A stretch of 62,019 nucleotides of DNA, filler included. It is 10 parts of 10 records of this genome, joined end to end, with 100 filler letters (N's around TTAATTAATTAA, not from the genome) between each part and the next. Parts side by side here need not be neighbours in the genome. Positions count along the whole stretch, not along the records: positions 31,760 to 37,030 come from SRR31147125_239041; positions 37,131 to 42,249 come from SRR31147125_239439; positions 42,350 to 47,989 come from SRR31147125_241704; 7 more parts are not named here. One strand, written 5' to 3'. Positions 32,388-42,524 of this stretch are shown here, one piece after another; the stretch's first letter is position 1, and the number at the start of each line of letters is the position of its first letter. Position numbers and translations under genes: made by a program. Under the pieces are notes generated by a model. It had not been told where the DNA came from, searched no databases, and saw only the letters and a program-made list of their open reading frames with translations.

Positions 32388-35022
32388 CTAAAACAGGACC
32401 TGGATATTTTTGACACGCGAGACCATGTCCGAAAGTTTTTGCGCCAGGTCTTTGGCAAACACCTGGGCCGATTTCGTCTCGTTGGAATCGAAACCCTTTG
32501 CTACACCGGCCACGCGCATCTGCACCGGTACACCCTGGACTTCAAGCGGTTTTGAATGGAGTTGGTGAAGGACACGCGCCAGCGCCTTTCTGGCCTCTTC
32601 ATAAGGCGCCATGGGCAGCAGCACCAGCATTTTGTTCTTTCCGATTTGGGCAATGTAGTCCATGGAGCGGAAGGTGCTGTAGAGTGTGTCCAGGGCGGTC
32701 TCTGGGATCTCTTTGTTGGTGATCTTACCATTGGCCTCTTGGTTTATCGGTTTGGCTGAAACAAAGGCGAAGGCGAGCACGGATAAGGGGGAACCATAGC
32801 GTTCGGATCGGGCGATCTCCTTGTCCAGTACGAACATCACCTCCTCAGAGGTGAGAACGCCCTCAGGCATGCCCCTGCCTTCGATGGCCTCTCTGCGGCG
32901 CTTCTTTGTCCGGTTGATCTCTTTATGGATCTGACTGAAGTTGTTCTCTTCAATTTTACCGGCATCAACTTTGGAACGGATCTCTTGCAATACTTCCGTC
33001 ATCTCTTCGTCGTCACCGACGTTATGCTCCAGCGTCTGGAGCACACTGAGCATCTTGGGCGCCTCTTTGACGGTTTGGCTGGATTGGTTTTGCAGCCACT
33101 CGACGCGCATTCGGTCCAGAACCGATTCCATCTTCTCATTGAGGCGCGTCTCCATGCGCGAGAGCACTTCGGCGTTAACGTTCATCTCGTTGAGTTTTTT
33201 CAGGACGGAAGATTCGACGCTGGTCATCAACTCCTTCACCTCGGCGTCACTGTCCTCGTCGCCCGACTCTGCGGCCTCCTTGGCCATCTTCTGCCCTATA
33301 TGCTCGACATACTCTACCATGATGTCCGAGAGCAGCGCCTCGTCGCCCCCGCCCTTACGGATTTCCGAGGCCAGGTAGATCAGTTCTGCGGCCTGGGTCG
33401 GATTGCGTTTGATCTCCTCGATCAGACCGTCACCGTCCAGTCCAATGGTCTCGGAACTCTCCTCGAGAATTCTGGAGAGTTCATCGCTCTGCAACTCGTT
33501 GCGCAGTTCGTGCAGCAGGTTCAGGTAGTCGGCCATGGGCATGCCTGCTTCCAGCAACACCTTACGGATCTGAGGAAGCAATCGTTTCAGCTCACCGACT
33601 TCCGGGATCATGCGGCGGATGATGTGGGCGAAACGCTGGGTGCTGATCTGACCGGACTGGTACTCCTCTTTGATCAGTTCGAGGAAGACCTGATCGGTCA
33701 GGTCATTTGCTTTCCTGAGGATTGCGGCTTCGTTGGCATAGGCGACCCCCAGCGCCTTTTGGGCCTGAATGCCTTCGAAGAGCTGCTTTTTCATGTCGAA
33801 AATTGCTTCGGAGAGCTCGGATAACCCTATCTCGCCTTCACCTCCCAGATGCCGCTCAACCTCTTTGTGCATCAGCTCTAACTGGTGCAGCAATAGCGGG
33901 CCGCGTTCCTTGCCGGCTTCGTCGCCTTCATCGGCGGCGCCTCCCGCTCCTTGCCCGCCACTTGCAGCAGACGCGCCTGTTGCTGATCCTTCACCTGCTT
34001 GGCCGCCCCTGCCCACTCCGACGGATAGGGCACCGCCGGCGCCGCCTATCGAACCGGGTCCGGCTCCACCGCCATACCCTGCTGTTCCCGGGCCACTGCC
34101 TGTGCCTGCGCCGACACCTGTACCGGCATAGCCGCCGGCTCCCAGATTGCCGCCCGGCATGCCTTCCACCCCCGCCGGCTGCACCGGAGCCTGATCCGCC
34201 GCCTCCCGACAGGGACTCTTCGGCCAGGGTGTCGGCCTCTTCGCCGGACAGGGTTTGATCGGCTTCATAATACGACGCTTGGCCACCCCCACCAGTGCCA
34301 CCTCCACCGGTGCCTGTTTCAGGTTCGGCGGCTCCCCCTGCAGATGCGTCGCCCGCCTCTTCCTGGTACTCACCTGCGGCCGCCAGATCAGCCTCGATCA
34401 TCTTCTGGGTGAAATCCTTGGGGTTGGACATCAGGTTGGTGATGTTGAGCGTATTGGCAAACTCCTCCGACAACACACTCTCGAGCAGGGTGTCCAGGAA
34501 GCGCTTGCGCGTCTCCTCGTCGTCCGAGTCGAGCATCGGCGTGACATTCTTGAGCGTTTCGCGTGAGACCACCTGGTCGTCTTCGGTTACTTTTTTGAAT
34601 ATGACATGGTTGACCTTGACGTTGAAAACACCCTTTTTAACCAGGGCGTTCTTTACGGCGTCGGCATCGGACATCTGGGCCAGCTCGGAAAAGACCTGTG
34701 AAAAGATGGAGACTTCACTCTCCTTCAAACCTTTATCGAAGGATATGGATTGGATGCCGCTTTTCTTAAACAGTGCGGCTATCCGGCCGACATTGATCCG
34801 TGGATCCAATTGCTCTTCATCGATATAGAACTGCCCTCTGTTGAGGATGAAGACCAGAGGGGACAGCTCATCGAGCAGGCGCTCCGCGGCTGTTTTCACA
34901 TCGCTGACAGACTGTTTGATGAGCGGGTGACTGGCTTGGTACATCAACGTGCGGTTGAGCAGAAGTGAGAGTGCACGACCGAAGTGACCCAGTTTGATTT
35001 TAAAAGTGTTGTTTTGCTCCAT
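32388..35022 (-). CDS. Large helical protein with Gly-rich linker and degenerate C-terminal GGDEF domain (frameshift near 34170)
   Basis: ORFs 33991-35022 and 32388-34373 join in a G run. EIARSERYGSPLSVL...FRSMDYIAQIGKNKMLVLLP is GGDEF-fold-like but lacks the GGDEF motif. Confidence 0.65.
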
Positions 35023-35034
35023 CGTCTCTTCCCT

Positions 35035-35934
35035 TTAGGCAGCAGGCGATTTATTGGATAACCACTCTTCAAGATCTTTGGCAAACTCCCGGCAAGACGG
35101 GTAACGTCGATCTTGATTGTAGGCAACCGCTCGCAATACAATTTCGTCCAGTTCCTTATCCGCCTGTGGATTGACCTGGGATGGCGTCTTGCTGAAGATC
35201 CGGTCTTGCAGCCGCAACTTGATCTTCAGCAATTTGACGGCCGAATCGTAGGGCGGATAGGGCAGGCCGCCGCAAAGCATCTCCAAAAGCATGACACCAG
35301 AGGCGTAAACGTCGGCGCGACCGTCGACGATGCCGGATATGATCTGTTCCGGCGCCATGTAGGTCGGCGTTCCGACCAGGATGCGATTGTCGTCGTCCGA
35401 TCCGCCGTAGGACCGCGCTACCCCGAAATCGGTAATAATCGGCCGCTTTGAATGGCCTTCGATCAGTATGTTCCTTGGTTTGATATCCCTGTGAACCACC
35501 CCAAGTTTATTGGCATAATCTAATGCATCCAGTATCTTGAGGATGATGCGAAGGGACGTCTTGACGGGAATCGTTCTTTTGGAGGGCAGCACATTACGGC
35601 GTGCCTGGCGGATGTAATAGGCCAGTGAATTGCCTTTGATCAGCTGCATGGTGAAGTAGAGGAAGTCATCCGTTTCACCCACCTCGTAGACCGGAATGAT
35701 GGCGGGATGGGAGAGGAAGGCGGCGGCCTCGGCCTCTTGCTGGAACAGCTCCGCTATCCTGGGGGTCAGCAGCACTTTGGGCAGCACTTTTACGGCAATC
35801 TGGCGTTTCAGTGATTTCTGGAACGCCACGAAAACCACCGACATGGCCCCACGGTCCAGCTGTTTGAGCAGTCGGCTCGTACCGACCGTCTGGCCCACCA
35901 GATGGTCAAAATTCATTGTTCTAATGGACGCCAT
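35035..35934 (-). CDS. Hanks-type Ser/Thr protein kinase (kinase domain only)
   Basis: AVKVL, HRDIKPRN, TDFG, GTPTYMAPE, DVYASG. Confidence 0.95.
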   Translation of the reverse strand: MASIRTMNFDHLVGQTVGTSRLLKQLDRGAMSVVFVAFQKSLKRQIAVKVLPKVLLTPRIAELFQQEAEAAAFLSHPAIIPVYEVGETDDFLYFTMQLIKGNSLAYYIRQARRNVLPSKRTIPVKTSLRIILKILDALDYANKLGVVHRDIKPRNILIEGHSKRPIITDFGVARSYGGSDDDNRILVGTPTYMAPEQIISGIVDGRADVYASGVMLLEMLCGGLPYPPYDSAVKLLKIKLRLQDRIFSKTPSQVNPQADKELDEIVLRAVAYNQDRRYPSCREFAKDLEEWLSNKSPAA

Positions 35935-36249
35935 AGCAAGGTCTCCAACTCAGTTGACGATATTAATGAGATTCCGATTCCGAATGTACCATAGCCATGC
36001 TCATCATCCGAACGCAGTTCCGCAAGAGTGATTGTCGTTTAAGATAATCTCAACTACCATAGCAACAAGCCCTCCATATCGTCCATCATTTTATTACAGC
36101 ACGATAGATTTGTTCTTTTTATTATCGACACTTATTCCAGGACCTTGAGCTAATGCAGAGCAGTCCGGTAGGATCTTGGGGGTCACACCGGCCGTCTAAG
36201 TGGGGAGGGATAGATTGGACAGGCCTGAATCGAGATCACTTTTGCGCGG

Positions 36250-36471
36250 CTATTGATTGCCGAATCCGTTCTGATCGCCGCAATCGGGGCATTGCCAAGT
36301 GATTCCGTTGCACGACATACCCCACACATTCTCTTCCATGCAGCTCTGGCAGATCTGGAAACCGCATCTGCAATGCCAGCAGAATGGAAAGCTTTGGCGG
36401 CAACAGTGGCACTGTTGCTGAGTCGGTCGTCGCCAGCGCCGCTTGCGACGGGAGGTGGATGTGGTGGCCAT
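36250..36471 (-). CDS. Small Cys-rich putative zinc-binding protein
   Basis: 73 aa with 11 Cys, including CxxC pairs (CHCC, CQSC, CPDC). Start uncertain (36471 or 36507). Confidence 0.6.
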   Translation of the reverse strand: MATTSTSRRKRRWRRPTQQQCHCCRQSFPFCWHCRCGFQICQSCMEENVWGMSCNGITWQCPDCGDQNGFGNQ

Positions 36472-36681
36472 ATCGATTTGGTTCTGTGCTGTGGATTGTC
36501 TCGTCAAGTTGTGAGCCGCTGCGCTGTGCGACCGCCTTGTCGTTTTATACCATCCATGTTAGTAGATCGAAACCGCCGGAGTTGGCACCCGGCTGCGTTC
36601 CGAAAGCCGGACCGAAGCTAACTCAGCCGAATCTCGCTGTCAAGCAGCGCTCAGATGTACCGGCCGATAGTGCCGAAACAC

Positions 36682-36742
36682 CCCAGGACAAGAAACCAGG
36701 GCAAGCACCAGGACTATAACCAGGACTATAACCAGGACCATA
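36682..36742 (+). repeat. Five tandem ~12-bp repeats (ACCAGGACTATA consensus)
   Basis: Units at 36682, 36695, 36707, 36719 and 36731. Confidence 0.85.
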
Positions 36743-36748
36743 ATATAG

Positions 36749-37030
36749 ATGAGCCCAGAGACTCCATCTGCAAGTCAGGATACGGCGCGCCCCTGCCTCT
36801 ATTTAATTGACGGCAGCGCCTATGTCTACCGCGCATTTCATGCCGTTCGCGGTTTAAGCAATTCCAAAGGAATGCCCACCAACGCTGTTTTCGGTTTCAC
36901 GCGCATGTTGATCAAGCTGATTCAGGACCGCAGCCCCGGGCATATGGCCATGTTTTTCGATGCCAAAGGGCCCACATTCCGCCACGAGCGCTATCCCGAT
37001 TACAAGGCCAACCGGCCGCCCATGCCGGAG
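36749..37030 (+). CDS. polA: DNA polymerase I, 5'-3' exonuclease N-terminus (partial)
   Basis: LYLIDGSAYVYRAFHA, PTNAVFGF, FRHERYPDYKANRPPMPE. Confidence 0.93.
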
Positions 37031-37130
37031 NNNNNNNNNNNNNNNNNNNNNNNNNNNNNNNNNNNNNNNNNNNNTTAATTAATTAANNNNNNNNNNNNNN
37101 NNNNNNNNNNNNNNNNNNNNNNNNNNNNNN
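37031..37130. other. Artificial contig linker
   Basis: Same 100-nt linker. Confidence 0.99.
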
Positions 37131-38565
37131 GATTGAGCGGTATGGCATCGAAGGGAGAGCATTCGCCATCAAATCGCATGCTGAGTACTTCCGGCCGCTC
37201 CCGGGGCTGCGGACCTGCTTTGCCATCCAAGTCAATCATTTTGGCCTGACTCAGAAGATAGAGCAGCTGTTCGACACTCTCAGCCTCCTGGTGTAACCCA
37301 CCGGAGGCAAGGCGCTGCAGGCAATGTTTGATCTGCGCTTCGGTATACCCGCACTGCCGGGGGTCGGCGCCGATGGCGATGAGCATGCCCACGATGCGCC
37401 GGCACTTCTCACAACGACCGCAGGGTGCGACACGGTCACCTTTTTTGCTGGTGGCGTGACATGACATCTGCAGCTGCTGCAGGTCCGGGAAGCGTTTCGT
37501 CAATATCGTCTCGATGAGCATCTCCGAGAGGGGGCGCAAGATGGAGAATTGGCTGACGCCCCACCCTTTTTGCATAAAATAAGCGGACATGGCCCGGTCG
37601 AACAGAACACTTTGATCATAGAGGCCATCGTAGTGTCGAACACCGTCATGGTTGGCCTGCACGGTGGTGTCGTACTCATCGCCGATGAGCAGGCGGCCTA
37701 TTCCGCGCTTGCGCATCAGGGGCAACACCCCGAACAGAAAGACAGCCACGGTCCACAGCCGGATCGGATACTCGTCCGAGCGGATGTCGGCAAAATCGGA
37801 ACGGATAAACGTCAGTCTGCGCAGCATCCAGGCAAACAGCCGGTCGCTGTTGACCCACACGCGGGCCGTATTGGGCACGTAACGTTCAAAATGGCGATAG
37901 GCATTCAACGCGGTGAACCAGTGCCGGCCCGATTCGTTGACAAAGATCGGATGAACTTCACCTTTGAGGCTTGCTTGCGAAGCACCGCCGGTAATCTCTT
38001 GCATTAAACCAAAACTGAGCAGGCTGTCTTTGCCGCCGCTGGATAGAATACAGTGGCGGTGCCGATCAGTTGGCCAGCGTTGCCAGCGCGTGGGTTTGGC
38101 TTTCTCTCTGTTCTGATCTACAAATCGCAAGCGCGCTTGAAGGTAGTTTTTCCTTACGACAACCGGTAGCTTACTGACCTCTCCCTGCAGAAACGGATTG
38201 GGCTCCAGGAGCTTTTTGACGTAAATCTCTTTGGCTGTATTTTCGGCCATGGTGCGCAAAAAACGGCGGTCAGATCCGTCGAAAGGGCCATGAAAAACCA
38301 TCTCCCGGCAAAAGAGGCCATAATTGAGCGCCACTTGAGCACCGATCATGGTGGCCAAATTGACTGACTCAGGCTCTTTAGGATCAAATACACGCTCCTC
38401 GTAGGAGTAGATCAGATCAAACTGCTCCGTCCGGCCCCCCTGTTCCACCAGGTACGGCATGATCAGCCGCTTGTCCTCCAGCCGCAAGGGACCAACCTGC
38501 AAGCGATCGATTACCAACAGCGCTTGCAACGGATTGTCTGCGTAGGAATTTTGGGAAGTACTCAT
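37131..38565 (-). CDS. PP-loop ATP pyrophosphatase-family protein, MurL-like (3' partial)
   Basis: SSGGKDS PP-loop, FSILRPLSE, SCH...CGRCEKC. Confidence 0.65.
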
Positions 38566-39650
38566 CGCTTTTCTTCCAACCGTCTGATGACGAGCGTTGC
38601 CAAGGCCCCGGCGCCATCATTGAGTACGTCGAAGGCCGGCAATCCTGTCTCTTGTTGAATACTTTCAAAAGTTTGGGGCAGCCTTTCAGGGACAAGCCCC
38701 TCATGGTTGACCGTTACCGCCACAACCGGCTTGCCGGAGAGCAGTTCCACTGCCTGGATTTGAATAGGCAGGGGGTGTAGGGGATACCCGGGAAATCCGT
38801 CGTAATCCTCTCTTGCCGGCGCATGCTGCAGAATCACAATATCCGGACGGCCGGCAGCCAGGATCTCGAAACCGCCCGGGTAGGCCGGGTTCATTAAACT
38901 GCCTTGGCCTTCGATCACAATGACCTGGGGATGTTGCTCGTTCCACGCCGACCACACCGCGTGCTCTATCTCACCGGAGACAAAATCATTGACCAGCGAA
39001 TCGAGTACGATGCTGTACCTTGCCCCTTGCAGCCATGCGGTTTGACCGGTTCCCACCATCTCGGCAGCGACACCGGCCGCCTTCAGGGCCTGCACCAGCA
39101 GCCACGCGGTTGTGCGTTTGCCCACGGCCGAATCGGTTCCCAACAGTGCAATCTTGAGGGCATCCACATGCTCGATCTTGCCGTTGAAAAAGTGCAGTTC
39201 GCTTCTTGGCGGCGGCTTGCGGATGTCCCGAATACGGCACCCCTTCTTTTCCGCCAAAGCGCTCATCATCGGGTCCTCCGACAAAAAGTCATGCAGACCG
39301 GCGTCCACATGCAGACCGGCCTCCAGGGCCGCCCTCATCGCTTTGCGATCCTCACTGCTCAAACGGCCCCCATCCGGTGCCAGGCCGACAACCAAATGGG
39401 TTGGCGGAACACCACTTTCCGCGTGCGCGGCCAATGCTTCGGCCAAATCCACGTGGACAGATATACCACTGGCCAGCCCGTCGAGTACCTGGCCGGCATC
39501 CTGGCCGGCATAGCAAGCATCGATAACCCCCAAAATTCGATACCGCTGCGTATAGCGAACGAGGCCGTGGGCCGTCTTGCCGTTGGTGGTGTTGAAACCG
39601 CCTTGGCAGTAGATCAGGGCGTTGCCTTCTGGCATTTGTCGTTGTTCCAT
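38562..39650 (-). CDS. DUF1611 protein (DgcN-like)
   Basis: GKTAHGLVRY, GLHDFL, GTDSAVGKRTT, TGQT, DFVSGEIE, EGQGSL. Confidence 0.88.
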   Translation of the reverse strand: MEQRQMPEGNALIYCQGGFNTTNGKTAHGLVRYTQRYRILGVIDACYAGQDAGQVLDGLASGISVHVDLAEALAAHAESGVPPTHLVVGLAPDGGRLSSEDRKAMRAALEAGLHVDAGLHDFLSEDPMMSALAEKKGCRIRDIRKPPPRSELHFFNGKIEHVDALKIALLGTDSAVGKRTTAWLLVQALKAAGVAAEMVGTGQTAWLQGARYSIVLDSLVNDFVSGEIEHAVWSAWNEQHPQVIVIEGQGSLMNPAYPGGFEILAAGRPDIVILQHAPAREDYDGFPGYPLHPLPIQIQAVELLSGKPVVAVTVNHEGLVPERLPQTFESIQQETGLPAFDVLNDGAGALATLVIRRLEEKR

Positions 39651-40705
39651 TTAGGCTTTCCTTCCCGTCAGGATGACCACATAGCGGTCACCGGGCAGCG
39701 GATCGGTCCGGTGGCGTTCGATAAAAGCAATCAAACCGGCCGTGGATGCCGGCAAGACCTGCAACCCCTCTTTTTCGCGCAGCAAGCGTGAATACTGTCG
39801 CATGGCTTTGTCCGAAGCATTGGCGGCCCATCCATGGGTCTCACGGATAGCGGTCAGGGCCAAATCGCCATCGATGGAGTGCCAGTTGATGAGCGGTTCG
39901 TTAATGGATGTCTCACGAATGCGCTCCGGTTCCAGATCCATACATGTGTCATGCCCCGACAAAAAAGAGTGCACGATGGGGTTCTTGCCAAATGATGAAC
40001 CGGCCACGATACGCGGCATATGAGAAGTTTTGCCGCGCCGGAACAGACTCAAGAAGCCGCGGTACAGGCCGACCAACGTCGTCCCGTTGGACACAGGTAC
40101 AGCCACCACCGCCGGTGCGTCTCTGAGTTCGTCATAGATCTCGTAGGCAATGGTCCCGTATGCCTGGATTTGCAGGACGGTATTCTCTCCGCCCGGATTG
40201 GCATCATAGCAATCATGGTCGTGGGCATATTGCCGGGCCGCTGCGACTGCCGCCTCATAATCACCGGGAATCCTTCGAATCTCGGCACCGAGCCGGACCA
40301 TCTCGTCCACTCTTTTGGTATGATAGTGACCGGGAAGAAAAACCATACTGCGCAGACCGGCCAGCGAGCACGCCATGGCAGCCGCGACACCATAATTGCC
40401 GCATGTGGCCACGGCAACCGTCTCGAAACCACGGCGCAAGGCATCCATGGCCTGGGCGAATGCAATCCGATCCTTCTGAGTGCCGGTAGGATTGCCCCCC
40501 TCAAACTTCAGATATAGCTGGCGGAGCCCTACCTCCTCTCGATATTGCGCGTGCGCACCATCAAGGTATCGCCCACTTGGGAGTCGATAATATCTTCAAA
40601 CGCTTCCAATCGAACCGAAAGGTCCTGGGATGAATCGGTGGCCACTCTTCGCTGGCTATCGACGTCCTTGACCGTATCATCCACAACCCCATTAGCGCCG
40701 TCCAT
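39651..40705 (-). CDS. PLP-dependent fold-type II enzyme (threonine synthase-like), frameshift near 40535
   Basis: VGDT, LYLKFEGGNPTGTQKDR, ATCGNYG, PVSNGT. Confidence 0.85.
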
Positions 40706-40799
40706 TAAACTGTAGCGTGAATTGATATCATTGTTCTCCAACATGCGCCGCACCTTTAGAATTAAATTGCAGCAGCGTTACACGCTGCCCATAAATGAA

Positions 40800-40834
40800 G
40801 CGGGGTGCCGTCCATTTACAGGACAACACCCCGC
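40800..40834 (-). terminator. Stem-loop after the small exported protein gene
   Basis: GCGGGGTG..GTCC / GGAC..CACCCCGC, T-rich on the minus-strand 3' side. Confidence 0.55.
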
Positions 40835-40852
40835 AATGTGTTGTAAAAAAGG

Positions 40853-41125
40853 TTATTCCACCACTTTAAAGCTGGTCACGGTGATGGTCTTGATGCCCTC
40901 TTCTTCCATCAGGGTGCCCTGAACCACAACCTTTTTGCCGGTATTTTCAGCAAGCTCTCCGCCCTTTTCATCATCAGCGACCTCATAGACATCACCCGCT
41001 GCGGTGACGATCTGAAAGTCGTCGGTCATTTCGCCGGAGACGGTCACATCACCAGCCACGGCGATACCGATACCGAAAATGGCCAAAAAAACGAGGGTAA
41101 GCAACACGCAGGTTTTTGCTTTCAT
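40853..41125 (-). CDS. Small exported OB-fold-like protein
   Basis: RBS AAGGAG, signal peptide MKAKTCVLL..., GKKVVVQGTL. Confidence 0.75.
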   Translation of the reverse strand: MKAKTCVLLTLVFLAIFGIGIAVAGDVTVSGEMTDDFQIVTAAGDVYEVADDEKGGELAENTGKKVVVQGTLMEEEGIKTITVTSFKVVE

Positions 41126-41176
41126 TTTATTCTCCTTGTCTGAGTTAGGAACGAATATTTCGTCGTTATCACCATA

Positions 41177-41192
41177 ATCAATTTGTGTGCCA
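41177..41192 (-). promoter_or_regulatory. Sigma54 -24/-12-like promoter
   Basis: Minus strand TGGCAC-ACAAA-TTGAT (variant -12). Confidence 0.55.
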
Positions 41193-41573
41193 TATTTTAA
41201 CCTGCTGTATTTATACAACTTTTTCTAAGATGTGCTTTGAGGTTCGGAACCCGAAGTTCCGCCATATAAGCCGCAGTGCTTCGCCCGTTGGCTGATGGCC
41301 GATTTTGAATTTGTTTAGGCGGGTGATTCCCCATAGAGGAAGTGGAATCTTCGGTTCCTGTTCAGGAGAAAAAGGAACTCACATTTCTTATCTATCGCAT
41401 GGATCATCGCAAGAGGGTCTGATTCCATAATCTAATCTTAATAAGGCCTGGAAGATAAATATCGTTCCTGGATTTTCTCCTATTAGCGGCAATCAGGCAT
41501 TGATTGATCTGTTCACCTTTATTATGTAAAGATTCATTTGTTCGGGTGCAACCCAAAGCTTGCAGAGGTGCCA

Positions 41574-42249
41574 TTGCAATCCCTGTTGATCATCTCCACC
41601 CTAAGCGGACGACATTGAGAAGATTCGATCAGCTTTCGAACCTGGCGTGAACATCGAAAGCGCAGTCGATGTCCCGCAAGCCGCCAAAATGACTGAACAG
41701 ACGCGATATGACGGCTTGTTTGTCGATCTGGAAATACTGATGAATTCGATGGGCGACGATGCGTTCAGCACGATTGCAGATCTTTTTCGAAAGCAGACCC
41801 CCTCCATAACAATCGTCGTCATGGCGGCACCCGGAAAAATTCGCCAGGCGGTTAGCATGGTCAAGCAAAGCGCTGACGACTACATCACCTATCCCATCTC
41901 CTGTGACGAAGTGCTGCTGGTAGTCGACACCTTAAAGAAAACAGAAATTCGTCAATCGGAACTGGACTATTTGCGGGATAAATTCTGGAAAGATGATGCC
42001 CGAGAGGTGATCCAAACCAAAAGCCCGGCGATGGCCTCGGTGTTTAAGAAAATCCGATCGGTGGCGGCCACCAAGACAACGGTGCTCCTGACCGGTGACA
42101 CCGGCACCGGGAAAAGCGTGATGGCCAAATTGATTCACCAGCACAGCAACCGCCATCGATCTCAATTTATCAGCGTGCATTGCGGCGCCATACCGGACAC
42201 GCTGCTCGAAAGTGAACTTTTCGGCCATGAAAAAGGGGCTTTTACCGGG
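41574..42249 (+). CDS. Sigma54-dependent regulator, REC-AAA+ (partial; probable frameshift near 41600)
   Basis: GDTGTGKS, HCGAIP, ESELFGHEKGAFTG. Confidence 0.88.
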
Positions 42250-42349
42250 NNNNNNNNNNNNNNNNNNNNNNNNNNNNNNNNNNNNNNNNNNNNTTAATTA
42301 ATTAANNNNNNNNNNNNNNNNNNNNNNNNNNNNNNNNNNNNNNNNNNNN
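42250..42349. other. Artificial contig linker
   Basis: Same 100-nt linker. Confidence 0.99.
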
Positions 42350-42350
42350 G

Positions 42351-42395
42351 GACCTGAATCTGGTGGCCTTCGATCGCGGGCGGGAAGTAAAATAG
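42351..42395 (+). CDS. C-terminal tail resembling a 2-oxoacid oxidoreductase gamma/IorB subunit
   Basis: DLNLVAFDRGREVK*; only 14 residues visible. Confidence 0.35.
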   Translation, partial: DLNLVAFDRGREVK

Positions 42396-42418
42396 AGTCC
42401 ATCCGGAAACGGCATCTT

Positions 42419-42483
42419 TTTCACCCGGGTTCCGCGTCGGATGGCGGATTCGACCCCTCCATCCGTTTTGAACCCGGGTGAAA
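42419..42483. repeat. Intergenic palindromic (REP-like) hairpin
   Basis: TTTCACCCGGGTTC / GAACCCGGGTGAAA with inner CGGATGG / CCATCCG. Confidence 0.65.
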
Positions 42484-42524
42484 GCTACCATTTTGAGAGT
42501 GACATTGAAGCGGGGGAACGCACA

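Noticed and set aside
36682-36742. Possible CRISPR array
   Set aside because: Units are 12 bp, have no spacers, and no cas genes are present.
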